Below are positions 11,552-24,416 of a stretch of DNA of 64,000 nt, in pieces. Position 1 is the first letter of the stretch. Every line of letters begins with the position of its first letter. Below the pieces are notes generated by a model, which saw only the letters and a program-made list of their open reading frames with translations, was not told the DNA's origin and did no database searches. Source of the DNA: Heptranchias perlo (taxonomy: Eukaryota); assembly GCF_035084215.1 (NCBI RefSeq), contig NC_090332.1:79918001-79982000 (forward strand), written 5' to 3'. The position numbers and the translations under genes are program-made.

Positions 11552-12351
11552 ACAGGCAGGCCAAGAAGCATGTGACTTGGTTGATTGAATGAGCAAACAG
11601 GTAGATAGACCGAAATGCACTTGGGGCAAATGGATGGGAGATCTTCACAAGGCAGCTTACCCTTAACTTCATTGTTCCCAATACTCCCTGTATTACCCAG
11701 AAACTATCTCAACCTGGTCCATCCCAATGAACCCAGATTTGTTCTCAATCCCCCCGTCCAACCTGCCTAGAGTTCTTTGCAGTCTGGCTTGCCCTGCACT
11801 GCCCAGATTCATTCCATCACCTACTCTCCTCCATTCCCCCTCCCTTTGGCCCCGTCCTGGTTTTCTCATTAGCTGTATCTGCATTTGATTTTCCCACTGT
11901 ACTTGTCATTACTATCGGCAAATACAGTGGGAGTGCTGAATGCAGATGCAACTGATGAATAACCCGATGGAAGGGAAAGTAGTCAGGTAGGAATAACTTG
12001 AGGCAGGGTCAGGAAGGGAGGGGAACTGCCAAAGGAAGGTTGGAATGGGCTGCACTGTGAAATAATCTGCGTTTGACTCCAGAGGATTGTTGGGGAGGAA
12101 GTGTGGGGGGGTTTGAGAACAAAGCTGGGCAGATCAGGGAAGGCAGGACTGCAAAGGACGATGGGTGTGTCAAGTATTGAGTGGAGTGTAGAGAGTGAGC
12201 CAAGTCAGGCTGCTAATGATACCATAGAGAGTGGGCGAACTCGGATCACTAACAAGACACAGGGAATGGGGTGGGTCAGATCACTGGAGGGTGCATGGAA
12301 GAGCAGTCCAGGCTGTGGAAGAAGGGAGTATAGGAAGTAGGTTGTTGAATT

Positions 12352-13985
12352 GACAACTTGCATTTATGTAGTGCCTTTAACGTAGTAAAATGTCCCAAGG
12401 CGCTTCAGATGAGCGTTATCTTAGAATAGAATTATAGAATCATAGGAAGTTATAGCACAGAAGGAGGCTATTCGGCCCATCATGTCCAAGCCAGTCGAAA
12501 AAGAGTTATCCAGCTTAATCCCACTTTCCAGCACTTGGTCCATAGCCCTGTAGGTTACGGCACTTCAAATGCACCTCCATGTACTTTTTAAATGAATTGA
12601 GGGTTTCTGTTTCTACCACCCTTTCAGGCAATGAGTTCCAGACCCCCACCACCCTCTGGGTGAAAAAAATTCTCCTCAGCTCCCCTCTAAACCTTCTACC
12701 AATTACTTTAAATCTATGCCCCCTGGTCACTGATCCCTCTGCTAAGGGAAATAGGTCCTTCCTATCCATTCTATCTAGTCCCGTCATAATTTTATACATC
12801 TCAATTAAATCTCCCCTCAGTCTCCTTTGTTCCAAAGAAAACAACCTCAGCCTCTCCAACCTTTTCTCATAGCTAAAATTCTCCAGCCCTGGCAACATCC
12901 TCGTAAATCTCCTTTGTACTCTCTCTAGTGCAATCACATCTTTCCTGTAATGTGGTGACCAGAACTGTATGCAGTACTCAAGCTGTGGCATGTGGTATAT
13001 TCTATGCCTCGGCTAAAAAAGGAAACTATTCCGTATGCCCTCTTAACCACCTATCTACCTGTCCTGCTACCTTCAGGGATCTGTGGACATGCACTCCAAG
13101 GTCCTTCTGTTTCTCTACACCTCTCAGTATTCTCCCATTTATTGTATATTCCTTTGCCTTGTTTGCCCTCCCCAAATGTGTCACCTCACATTTCTTCGGA
13201 TTGAATTCCATTTGCCACTTTTTTGCCCACCTGACCAGTCCATTGATATCTTCCTGCAGTCTACAGCTTTCCTCCTCACTATCAACCACACGGCCAATTT
13301 TTGTATCATCTACAAACTTCTTGATCATGCCCCCTTCATTCAAGTCCAAATCATTAACATATACCACGAAAAGCAAGGGACCTATTACTGAACCCCACTG
13401 GAAACAGACTTCCAGTCACAAAAACACCCATCACCATTACCCTTTGCTTCCTGCCACTGAGCCAATTTTGGATCCAACTTGCCACTTTCCCTTGGATCCC
13501 ATGGGCGTTTACTTTTTTGACCAGTCTGCCATGTGGGACCTTGTCAAAAACCTTGCTAAAATCCATGTAGACATCATCAAATGCGTTACCCTCATCTACC
13601 CTCCTTGTTACCTTCTCAAAAAATTCAATCAAGTTAGTCAGTCACGACCATCCCTTAACAAATCCATGCTGACTGTCTTTGATTAACCCGTGCCTTTCTA
13701 AATGACAATTTTCCCTCAGAATTGCTTCCAATAATTTGCCCACCACCGAGGTTATTAGGCAAAATTTGACACCGAGCCCCATAGGGAGATGTTAGGACAG
13801 GTGACCAAAAGCTCGGTCAAAGAGGTAGGTTTTAAGGAGGAGAGAGAGGTAACAAGGCGGAGAGGTTTAGGAAGGGAATTCCAGAGCTTATGGCCTAGAG
13901 AGCTGAAAACATGGCCGCCAATGGCAAGGAGAAGGAAATCAAGGATGCACAAGAGGCCAGAATTGGAGGAATGCAGAAATATCAG
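12352..13985 (-). mobile_element. L2 3' end interrupted by a CR1 (pieces ~12352-12424 and ~13753-13985)
   Basis: ACAACTTGCATTTATGTAGTGCCTTTAACG..GAGCGTTATC resumes as TAGGCAAAATTTGACACCGAGCC after the CR1; compare the uninterrupted copy at 31167-31300. Confidence 0.8.
12425..13752 (-). mobile_element. 5'-truncated CR1 LINE (RT C-terminus and 3' UTR), frameshifted
   Basis: YMDFSKVFDKVPH, KFVDDTK, LEYCIQFWSPHY..WNSLP; TTCTATGA tail. Confidence 0.93.
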
Positions 13986-14348
13986 CAAATGGTGGGCAGA
14001 ACCAAATGAAGAAGGGAGGGGCTTGTTAATCTGCAGCCAAACAGGAGGAATCAAGTCATTCACGGAAAAATCAGGCAACAATGCCTAACTCAATAATTTA
14101 TGCTCCAGCCAAACTCTCCAAACTGAGCTCCAGGCTCCTGACTCAGGAGTAGGCAACTCCGAGAAAATACCTTCCAGGGTCTTGTTACACTGCAACATTA
14201 TACGGTAATACTTTGAGTAAGAATAATCTTTAAGTCTGAATTGTTTAAGTTCTAATGGGTTTCCATTTGTTATAATTGTTACTTTCAGTGGTACCTTCAG
14301 GTCGTTAAAAAATTCAAAAATAGTGGTGTGGACCAAATAGCAATGTTT

Positions 14349-14647
14349 GATTGGTCAGCTTCTGCTCCTTGCCAACTCAGGATTGGTAGCTCAAATGATT
14401 GCTCAGTTCCTGATTACTCATTCAACTGAACTGAATTGTTTTTGATTTGTTCACGTTTATTCAATCAGATATTTGATTGGTGATTTTAAGAGACAAGCCC
14501 TAATTTCAGCCAATCACTAATTTTGCCTTATAAAATGTGCTGCCCTGCCTTAGAGGAGTGGTGTCTTGATATGTGACACTTTCAGGTGTGACGCTTTCAA
14601 GTGTGACACCCTGAAGTGTGACGCTTTCAAGTATGACATGTTTAAAG
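14349..14647 (+). promoter_or_regulatory. Promoter-like cluster: CCAAT boxes, TATA box and a 15-bp tandem array
   Basis: GATTGG at 14349, 14381 and 14475; CCAAT 14510; TATAAAA 14529; TGTGACRCTTTCARG x4-5 from 14572. Confidence 0.35.
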
Positions 14648-16478
14648 AGCGTGAAGCATCACTGTGCCAGATACAGGTTTTAATTATGTAGACATGTATT
14701 TGACAATATTTTGTTTTTATAGAAATACTATTATCTACGCTTAATATTACAATCTTTGGTTTAATATGTTTACGTCCTTAATCAAACTCCGGAATAGGGT
14801 CTGAATGGAGGAAGTTATGATATAAATTCATCCTTTATGTTCTGTGTCCTTGCTAAGAAATAATAATAAGGATAAGAAGCACCAAGCTTAGGTGTTAACT
14901 GATATAAATCGTGACAGGAGATGAACTTCGACTGGGGTTTTGAAGATATTCAGAGAGTCGTGATAGCAATGCAGTGTAACCACAAAAAGATAATACAACA
15001 TGTGGGTTGAGAATGTAGTTAACTAAATAAAATAAGGGGTGAGAAAACATACTACCAGCATAAAACATTCGCAAGGGGAATTACTGACAGATAGCCCTCA
15101 GCTGTAGTATCTAGGCTACCATAAATTACTTGTTGATCATGCAGATAAAACACTGTCAAAACAGCAGAATAAAAAAAAGGCAAAGGTGGTCTCCTACCCT
15201 TTCTTGTCACGTACAATTAGATAAGCATCTGGATTTGGTTGAACTCAAGGTAAAAAAAAATTGAAATGTATTGAATATTACTGTGTACAAACGAGGCGTT
15301 GCCATTGTGTATCTCGATATTTATTTCCACCATAAGGTGTTAGAGGGAAGGCAGATGGTCTGACATGTTTTGGAGGAGTGGCTGGCGAGAGTAGTTTTGT
15401 TCACTGAGATGGAATGATATATAATATAAATGCTGAGGGTGTAGCAGCACAGATATACACGGACAACAATCTACCCTTTAATTTCAAAGGTAATCAGGTG
15501 CTCTTTTCCTGTTCCCAAAATGTCCTATGTAAACCATTATTTATTGCAAGAGTGAGGTCCAACATCTTATCTTAAAAGCATCTATTAAAAGAGTTTTTTG
15601 GGGTGGCAAGTATTACCTATTTGGGCTAAGTGATAGCATGTTCCTGTCGTGTTATATGATGTCAGACCTGTTTCTGATGAGCAATGCAATCCTCTGGTTA
15701 AGCAAGAAATAGGATCAGAGGTTTTAATCAAGACCAGTATTGTCTATGCTCAGTCTGTTTTAAGTATCAAATAGTGCTTGTACTGGATATTGATGCTTTG
15801 ATAATGTTACTTTGGCTAATGAGGCCACTCTGTTGATATGGATAAATATTGAAAGAAATTTAGGGTTTAAACTATGTACCATCAAGAAACAATAAACTGT
15901 TAGTCCTCTGATTAAGAAATGTAAGGAAAAACAAATTAAGCACATTCCATGCTAAAACATCCATAATTTGGATTTGGGATAAGGTAAACCAGAACAATAC
16001 ATTTAACTCATTAGAAGCACATCGATAATAGTACAAAAATGACAATGTTGGATTATTTGAAAATCTACGGCACTGTAAAATAAAGTGCCTCTGATTTTGA
16101 GGACCTCTGCAGGTTGGGAGGTGTGGATCAATTCATGGCATCATCAGGGGTAATGTCCACCTTCAATGCTCGGGTGGTAAACCGATGGAGCGGATCGCCC
16201 GCCTGCTATAGAACCCGCCTACTTTTCATTTCCATTCCACTAGTTCACCGCCCAAGCAGTGAATGTGAAGACTATTCCCATCCTGTGTGCAGGCATTAAG
16301 GTTATGCGAAGACTAATTAGTGCCAATTTTAAATTTCAGCAGTGGCAGAAAAATGGTGGCAATGGATTGGCCGCCCGTTATACACCCCACCCAATTTTTC
16401 AGCAGAAGAAATTTTTTCCATGGAGCCTTTGGAGGGAGGTTGTGAGGGTAAGATTGGGAGAGCACCAGTAAAAAGATA

Positions 16479-16888
16479 TGTACGATAGTGTAGTGGACTT
16501 GTAGTCCTGAGGCCTGGACTAATAATCCAGTAGAACGTGAGTTCAAATCCCACCTTGGCAGTTTGAGAATTTGAATTCAGTTTAAAAAAAAATCTGGAAA
16601 TAAAAAGCTGGTGACCATGAAGCTGTCGCATTGTCATAAAAACCTCACTGGTTCACTAATGCCCTTTAGGAAAGGAAACCGGCCGTCCTTACTCAGTTTG
16701 GTCTATATGTGACTCCAGTGCCACACCAACATGTTTGACTCATAATTGCCCTCAGAAGTGGCCTCACAAGCAACTCAGTTGTATCAAACCATGACAGCAG
16801 TTGAAGAAGAAGGCTCACCACCACCTTCTCATAATTAGGGATGGGCAATAAATGCTGGCCTTGCCAGCGATGTACACATCCCAAGAAA
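16479..16888 (+). mobile_element. tRNA-SINE family B, second copy
   Basis: Colinear with the reverse complement of 875-1326; B box GAGTTCAAATC. Confidence 0.85.
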
Positions 16889-17789
16889 ATTAACTGAATT
16901 AAGTTATTTTTTAAAAAGATTATGCATCATATTGTATCACTCATTGCTTGAAAGACTCAACCATGTAAATTTAGCCTAATATAATTTGGATGCCAATAAC
17001 ACATTTCACATTATATAACACATGTATAAAATTCAATTTCAGCTCTTACCTGTGTGCCTTAAGGTTTGTGAAGCAAATATACAGGTCAGGGTCTTACACA
17101 GCAGTTTTAAATGAAATCTGCCTCTAAATTGATGGAGTCTCCACGGTCACTGAACCTAATTCATACAGTTAGAATTGTACAGATCCATCGATGCCCATCC
17201 ATAGTTGATTCCTCAGAAGAAAATGCGAGTATCTTGCGTGAGGAGCAGGAAATGAAGAGAAGAAGTAGCAGGGGATTAGGAATGAGTGCACAGTACTGGT
17301 AGCATGCAATGTTACCCATGTCCCAGGGGCATCACGTCACCAATAGAAGTGAGTGCCTGAGGGAACTATCTCCTTCAGGCTCCTTCACAGGCTGCCTCAT
17401 AAACAGGAAAGGACACTAAAAGTACAGAGGGCAGGAGTTTTCATTTACTATGTTAAAAATCGTAATATTTTTATTCACCTTTTTATTGAAAACACATTTT
17501 AGAAAGTCACTTTTTATCCCTTTGCATTTGTATCCTTTTTTTGAGCAGTGTGGGAAAAGTTATCATTTCAATATCATTATTTGAAAATAACGCAGGGTGG
17601 AGACAGCACCAGTGGCATTTTCAGTTTCCAGAGTGCACCAGCAAATTTGGTGTTGCTTTACTCCCTGTGACTTCATTTTCTAATCAATGCGTGTAGAAGA
17701 TGAGTTTGTGTTAGGTAATTTATTGGAATAGCTAGATAAAGTGCAGGCTCCATTTCTGTCATAATTTTAAATTCCCTTTGAGCTACATC

Positions 17790-18803
17790 TATAATATGAT
17801 ATAACAATTATGGCTAGAGCATAGGGATGTCCTAGGGAGTTGTGTTAAGACAGAATCCATATGAATTGCCGTAAGGAAATAAGAAGGAAAATGGTCCAAT
17901 TCTTGGTGTGTATTTCAGGCCATCAAACCATGGAGATGAGATAGGGGTGGAGAGAGATCCAGGAACAACAGGGCAATATTATTGGGTGATTTTAACAATC
18001 CTAAGATAGATGGCAATAAAGGTAATGCATGTGGTCAAAGTGGGGAATGCCTCTTAGAATTCATCCAGGACTGCTTTCTATATCAGTATGTTTCTAATCC
18101 ATCAAGGAAAGGTGTATTTGCTTGATTTAGTTCTAGGAAATGAAGTGGGGCAAATACTCATGTGAGAGTATGAGAGGAATTGGAAAATGGTGACCACAAC
18201 ATAGCTAGGTTCATTGTCAAAAAAGGAAAGGATAATTAAGAGTCAAAGATGAGAGTGCTAGACTGGAAATAGGAAACGTTCAGTGAGGTAGACGATCAGG
18301 GATCTGGCCCAAATTAACTGGGCAGAAAAGTTGACAGGCCAGCAGTGGGAAATCTTCAAATATGAGTTGGATAAAGTACAAAATAAATATATATTCCCAT
18401 AACAAAAAGAGGGTGCATCAAAATATTGAGTTCTGTGTATAAACAGAGAGGTTAGAAATAAACTCAAACTGAAAGTGAGGCATATATTTCCCATAGCAGT
18501 GAGGTCAGTAACCAGGGGCATAGATTTAAAGTAATTAGTAGAAGGATTAGACGGGAGCTGAGGAGAATTTTTTTCACCCAGAGGGTGGTGGGGGTCTGGA
18601 ACTCACTGTCTGAAGGGGTGGTAGAGGCAGAATGCCTCATCGCATTTAAAAAGTACTTGGATATGCACTTGAAGTGCCGTAACCTACAAGGCTACGGACC
18701 AAGAGCTGGTAAGTGGGATTAGGCTTGATAGCTCTTTTGCGGCCAGCACAGACACCATAGGCTGAATGGCCTCCTTCTGTGCCATAAATTTCTATGATTC
18801 TAT
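17790..18803 (+). mobile_element. CR1 fragments: old endonuclease-region remnant (~17790-18480) joined to a younger 3' end (~18485-18803)
   Basis: IGDFN, DLVLGN and GDHN-like remnants; FTQRVVGVWNSL; TTCTATGATTCT tail. Confidence 0.8.
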
Positions 18804-19598
18804 ATAATAAAGTCAGGGCTAACCATACTAAAGGTAATCATGAGTATATAAATTGTAGTAGGGAGGTTAAAAGGGAGATTAGAAAGGCTAACAGTCCAAC
18901 CTATATTTGCAAACTGTGCTGTGGGACAGATTGTGGAATTTACCCTACAATGTAAATGGGGCAGATCCCACAGTGCTGGGAGCTCCAGCATTTTGCAGAA
19001 CCACATGCGCTTGAAAGAGTTTCATAATACAAAGGTGGTATTGCTGCATTTTCATGAGAACTTTACTATTGTGTCTTTCAGTTTTACATTAGGGGCAGGA
19101 TCCAAAAGCAGTACTCTCTAATCAGAATTTCCACTTAGATTTTTCCAAACTTAACTACCAGCAATTACATCATTTAAACCAAACTTAAGTACTTCCTTTG
19201 AAATGTTGAAGATCTCTCTGAAAAGTTAAGTAGTGCAGTAATTGTCAGGCCAGAAAATTATTTTATCACCCCGTGTTTCCTCTTGATCTGATGTAATTAT
19301 AGTTTTAAAGAATTTACCATGAAATAGAAAGAATCATTTTGTGAAAAATATGCCACATCATTTTCAATGACAAGAGTTCTAGGTTACGATTTATACTGTA
19401 TGACCTATTTATTTATCTCTTTAGAGAGTGGACAAGTTTCTGCCATGCTTCTTTGTCTGTTACTGGCCATTAAGTGGAACGCAAGAGTGGCCTGGGGCAA
19501 AACACCTTCTGATTTTCTCTCCGTTCCAATATGGAGGGGTTTAACCTCTGCTTGGCATCAACTCCTGAGGGGACTGACAGCAAACTAGGAACTCACTG

Positions 19599-19760
19599 GG
19601 GGCACTTTTGACTTTGGCCAATGGTGTAAAATGGGCAATATCAGATCAGCTGCCCGTTATTCACCTCCCCCGATGTTCTGAAAATCGAGACAGATATATA
19701 ATGGGGGGGCTGATCCGATATCATCTATTTTACACTATTGCCCAAAGTCAAAATTACCCC
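19599..19760. mobile_element. Palindromic MITE (Harbinger-like)
   Basis: GGGGCACTTTTGACTTTGGCCAATGGTGTAAAAT ... ATTTTACACTATTGCCCAAAGTCAAAATTACCCC. Confidence 0.8.
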
Positions 19761-20039
19761 TGTTGTGTGAGAAATTGCATATGTTCTGCCAGGGTCACTG
19801 TCACATTTTGGGATTTTTTGACCATTTATCCACAGAAAGGATTTAGAAAAAAAGTTACTTTTGACGTTGGGTTTTTAAAGTAAAGTGAATTCTCATCAGT
19901 AATAAAAGGGCACATAGATGAAAGTTGGTTAATATGCTGATGGGAGTTGTTTTCCTCAAACACAGTAAACAATAAGGAACTCATTAACATGCCTCGGTAA
20001 TTGATAAACATTGTGTGGAAATTCTTTGATCCCTTGCTA

Positions 20040-20152
20040 GGAACAGGAGTAGACCATTCAGCCTCTCAAGCCTGCTCCACCATTCAATTAGATCATGGCT
20101 GATTTACACCTCAATTATATTTACCCGCCTTTGTTCCATATCCCTTAATAAC
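20040..20152 (-). mobile_element. CR1 3' tail of a second family; other copies at ~30362-30611, 31705-31785, 45815-46013 and 56210-56285 (all +)
   Basis: AGATCAGCCATGATCTAATTGAATGGYGGAGCAGGCTYGAGGGG..CCTACTCCTG motif. Confidence 0.75.
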
Positions 20153-20929
20153 CTCACAGAGACTTAAGGGCCGAATTTAATCCAACATGGCGGGAGTGGT
20201 GGAGGTGGGGGGGTGGGAGGGAAGAGGTAAGATGGCGGAGTGGTTCGTTATAATCATTATAATATTTCAGAAAATCAATAAATGCAGCCACCCAAGCCAA
20301 AGCTTTGTTCAGTTTCTCGGTGTCATTAGGATAATTATTTATAGGGAAAGTGATCACTAGTGCTGTAGCATTGTTATAATCATCATTATTGCATTTCCGA
20401 CGTATTCCCTCCACCCACCATTTTTACTTTCCTGACTTCAGGCACAGGAAGGCCACCCGCCCCAGAGGAGCGGGGACCTAACTTAAATGGCAGTGTCGTA
20501 TCCCATTTTAATGCAATCCCGACTACAACCCACGTGATCTCAGGCCCACTAACTAACACTGGTGGCAGCAAACATCCAAGTCCAGATAAGTCCTTTTAAA
20601 TAAATGTTTAAAAGTTCTTTGTGGTCCAAGAGGAGCAGGAGTTTCGATGGAAATAGACAGTGAGAATTATGTATATATTCTAATATGGTTTTTACTGTGC
20701 TTTTGGCATTCATATTATATTATATTAAAATAAAGTGTATGTGGTTGATATTTTCAAAATGTGAACGACACGATATAACGTACAATGCAAAAAATATCTT
20801 ACCAAACCCAGAGGAGGGAGTCAACAGGCTGCCCTCACCATGAGATAGAACTGAATTATTTCAGTTATTGCAGTTCAATATTTCTAGCTGCCTTTCACCT
20901 TTAGAGATGAAAATAAAATTTCCAATTGC

Positions 20930-21230
20930 TGAAACTGGAAACATGAACAGAAACGCAACAGCCCATCAGGGACTGAAAGACGCTAATGTTTCAGCTGGAG
21001 CCCTTTCATCAGAACTGGTGGAATTATAATGAAGAATCTTTGAAATGTTAAAGTAAAAACAAAAATTGCTGGAAATACATGACAGATCAGTCAGTATCTG
21101 TCAACAGAAAAGACAGGCTATGACATTTTGGGTGTGTACCCCTTCATTAGACATTGAACTGCTAATCAATATTTAATCATTTCATTTGCTGATGGATCTG
21201 CTGTGTATTTCCACTGTATTTGATGTTTAT
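20930..21230. mobile_element. Old Penelope-like pLTR remnants with a degenerate hammerhead core
   Basis: Minus strand TTCTGATGAAAGGG..GAAAC at ~20988-21016; inverted arms TGCTGGAAATACA / TGTATTTCCA; similar remnant at ~31845-31942. Confidence 0.45.
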
Positions 21231-21455
21231 TTTGGGCCATTTTCACCTTGCCCAAACTTCTCAGGTCCTTAGTCCATTTGCTACGGTCATCTGCACACTC
21301 TTCATTTTGAGGATTTTTTAAAGCAAATTATTTTCCTCCATTTGTTTCTTGAGCCAACAATTACCTCATTTTGACCCTTGCCTTGTTGATAGGTCCAAAG
21401 AATTGACTGTCACCCTGGGCCAGATAACTTAAGCTCACATAGCAAGATGCTGAAA

Positions 21456-21960
21456 TCATAGAATCATAGAAAGTTTACAGCACGGAAGGAGGCCATTCGG
21501 CCCGTTGAGTCCACGCCGGCTCTATGCACGAGCAATCCAGCTAGTCCTACTCCCCCACCCCATCCCCGTAGCCCTGCAATTTTTTTCCTTTCAAATACTT
21601 ATCCAGTTCCCTTTTGAAGGGCATGATTGAATCTGCCTCCACCACCCCTTCGGGCAGTGCATTCCAGATCCTAACCAATCGACATGTAAAAAAGTTTTTC
21701 CTCATGTCACCTTTGGTTCTTTTGCCAATCATCTTAAATCTATGTCCTCTGGTTCTTGACCCTTCCGCCAATGGGAACAATTTCTCTCTATCTATGTTGT
21801 CTAGACCCGTCATGATTTTGACTACCTCTATCAAATCTCCTCTCAACCGTCTCTGTTCCAAGGAGAAAACCCCAGCTTCTCCAGTCCATTCACGTAACTA
21901 AAGTTCCTCATCCCTGAAATCATTCTATTAAATCTCTTCTGCACCGTCTCTAAGGCCTTT
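21456..21960 (-). mobile_element. CR1 3' fragment
   Basis: EQRRLRGDLIEV..TRGHRFK..WNALP; (TTCTATGA)2 tail. Confidence 0.92.
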
Positions 21961-23036
21961 ACATTAAATAAGCACCAATACTACAGTACTAAAGCTAGTT
22001 CAATATCTGGACTTTTTCTAGCATAGTAATATGAACGCTATAAAACTAAAACAAACATGTAAATGCAATGGCCCAGATTTTGCTGTAGCAGGGCATCTAG
22101 CAGCATCTGCTGTCAGTTAGATTTGCCCTTGTATGTTTAGGTTTTTAAGTTTTTTGCATGGCAAGTTGCTGAAAGTGTGAGCTGATAACGTCGCAGCAAG
22201 GGAAATGGGGCATCTGGGACCTGAGTGTACAGGGCAAGCAACTGTGCACCTCCTTAAGCAATCAGATTGAAGGATTGTTAAATTAACAGCGCTAGGACTG
22301 AGAAGGAAGTGTAAATTAGAGTGGGTGAATTCAATGTCAAATCAGGTACAGAAAGAGAAATAAAGAGAGGGAAAGAAAGATAGGATTGTGAGAGAGAAAA
22401 AATAGACAGAAAGGAAAAATACATTTTTAAAATTTAAAACACTTGTAATAGTTAATTTTCAGTGCCAGAGAGGCTGGTTGACAGTAATTAACATTTATCA
22501 AGTCATTAAAAGGGTACCTAGACATGAGGGGCACTAAATTGTGCCGTGTAGCGCCCGTCGTTTTGGCGCTACGTGGCCTCTCGAACATCCAAGATGGCGT
22601 CTTGGCTGCGCATGTTTCCAGCGTGATGTGCACCGGACGCCATCTTGGTATAGGAGTTAGCACATGCGCAAATACCGAATGCCAGAAGCATGTAAAGTAG
22701 GGAGAAAATGCGTGCAATCAGTGTGCAACGCTGATTTAAAGCGATAGACACCATTTTGGACCTTAATGCTCAACTCAACGCACAGTCTTAACCACGCACA
22801 CCTGAACATGTCTTAGAGTGCCTGTAGGACCTCCCATCAGCGCTATTTATAGAGACCATGCAGGATTTACAGGTTAGTTGCTGGATTATTGATTCTGGTT
22901 GCTGGTGGAATAGGAATTTTTTTGAAGCTTCCTATACTTACTGAGAGTTCCTAGAGTACATTTGAGAGCGGTTTGGCAGGTACTGCCTTACAGTTCGGAA
23001 AGTTACAACCGTGGTTGAACAACATTCCTGGCAACC

Positions 23037-24220
23037 ATGGGTGGTCTGCTAGGGCTCCTTCTCGGCATTGAGCATGACTGGGAGCATTCAGAGAGGCCAC
23101 ACATAGCAGGTCGAGCTGCGAGGAGAGGGAGGACGAGGAGGCTCAGGGCACTGATCAGGAGGCCATATCCAATGAGGGCCTTCCGGGACCAACTCCCTTA
23201 CCTCAATATGAATGAGGAGTATTGCATCCAACATCTGAGGTTCACCAAGGAAGCTATGACCGAGATCTGTCAACTGGTGTGGCCACAACTGCAGCCTCAG
23301 AGCAAGGCAAGGACAGCATTGCCTATGGCTGTGAAGGTCACTGTGGCGCTGTATTTCTACGGTTCAGGATCATTTCAGGCCTCTGCTGGTGACATGTGCA
23401 ACATCTCGCAGTATGCAGTGCACTGCTGTAGAAGGGAGGTCACAGACGCACAGTACGAGATGAGGAACAGGTTTATCACCTTCCCTCTTGAAAGAGACAA
23501 GCAGAATGAGCGAGTACGGCGGTTCACTCGCATTGCTGGCTTCCCCATGGTCCAGGGTGCCACTGACTCCACGCACATTGCCTTGCATGGCCCACACATC
23601 AACTCGGCCGTCTTCGTCAACTGAAAGGGCTTCCACTCCCTGAATGTGCAGCTGGTGTGCAACCACATGCATTGAATCATAGAGGTCAATGCCCGCTATC
23701 CTGGGAGCAGTCAAGAAGCCTTCGTCATGTGGCAGTCCAACGTGCCAGCTATCTTTCACCTGCCTCGGCAAGTCAAAGGCTGGTTACTAGGCGACAAGGG
23801 CTAGCCCCTCTTGCCATGGCTCATGACTCCGGTCAGGAACCCACGCAGACATGCACAGCAGACCTATAATGAGAGTCATACTGCCACAAGCAACATCGTG
23901 GAGCATACCATAGGCCTCCTCAAACAATGCTTCCGCTGCCTAGACCGGTCTGAAGAAGCCCTGCAGTACGCCCCTGAGTGGGTGGGCAGATCCGTGGTGG
24001 TATGCTGTATGCTGCACAACCTTGCCATCATGAGAGACCAGCCTTTGCCACTAATGATCGGAGAAGACCCTGAGCAGAGGTGGAGGAGGAAGAAGCTGAG
24101 GAGGAGGAGGGGGAGGAGCCGGAAGAGGAAATGGAGGAAGATGCAAGAGTGGAACAGGAACCACTCGCCTTGTCTGCATGGGCTCTGCATGCTCGCCTGA
24201 TCCTTGCCCGCTATCAATAA
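23037..24220 (+). pseudogene. Harbinger DDE transposase (HARBI1-like) with in-frame stops
   Basis: ALPMAVKVTVALYFYGSGSFQ, GFPMVQGATDSTH, KGFHSLNVQLVC, LLGDKG, VEHTIGLLKQCFRCL, CCMLHN; stops at 23622, 23673 and 23802. Confidence 0.92.
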
Positions 24221-24416
24221 TTTGAACTAAATCCCCCAACTCACCAACGGTCCTACACTCCCCATCTTACCACTCCCACAAGACAATCAAATCGTCCTCC
24301 ATCTGATTGCGCATTGGTTTCCCCCTCAGCTCATTGCATGAATAAAAACCACCACCAAATGCAAATTCAAAGTCACATTTATCAATGACTAGATGAAATT
24401 ATGGAAACAGAACAGA

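Noticed and set aside
12928-13686. 252-aa plus-strand ORF
   Set aside because: Antisense shadow of CR1 ORF2
14572-14647. CRISPR-like array
   Set aside because: Contiguous 15-bp tandem units with no unique spacers, no cas genes, eukaryotic context
23037-24220. Domesticated HARBI1 host gene
   Set aside because: Multiple stops, a linked Myb gene and TE termini show a dead transposon
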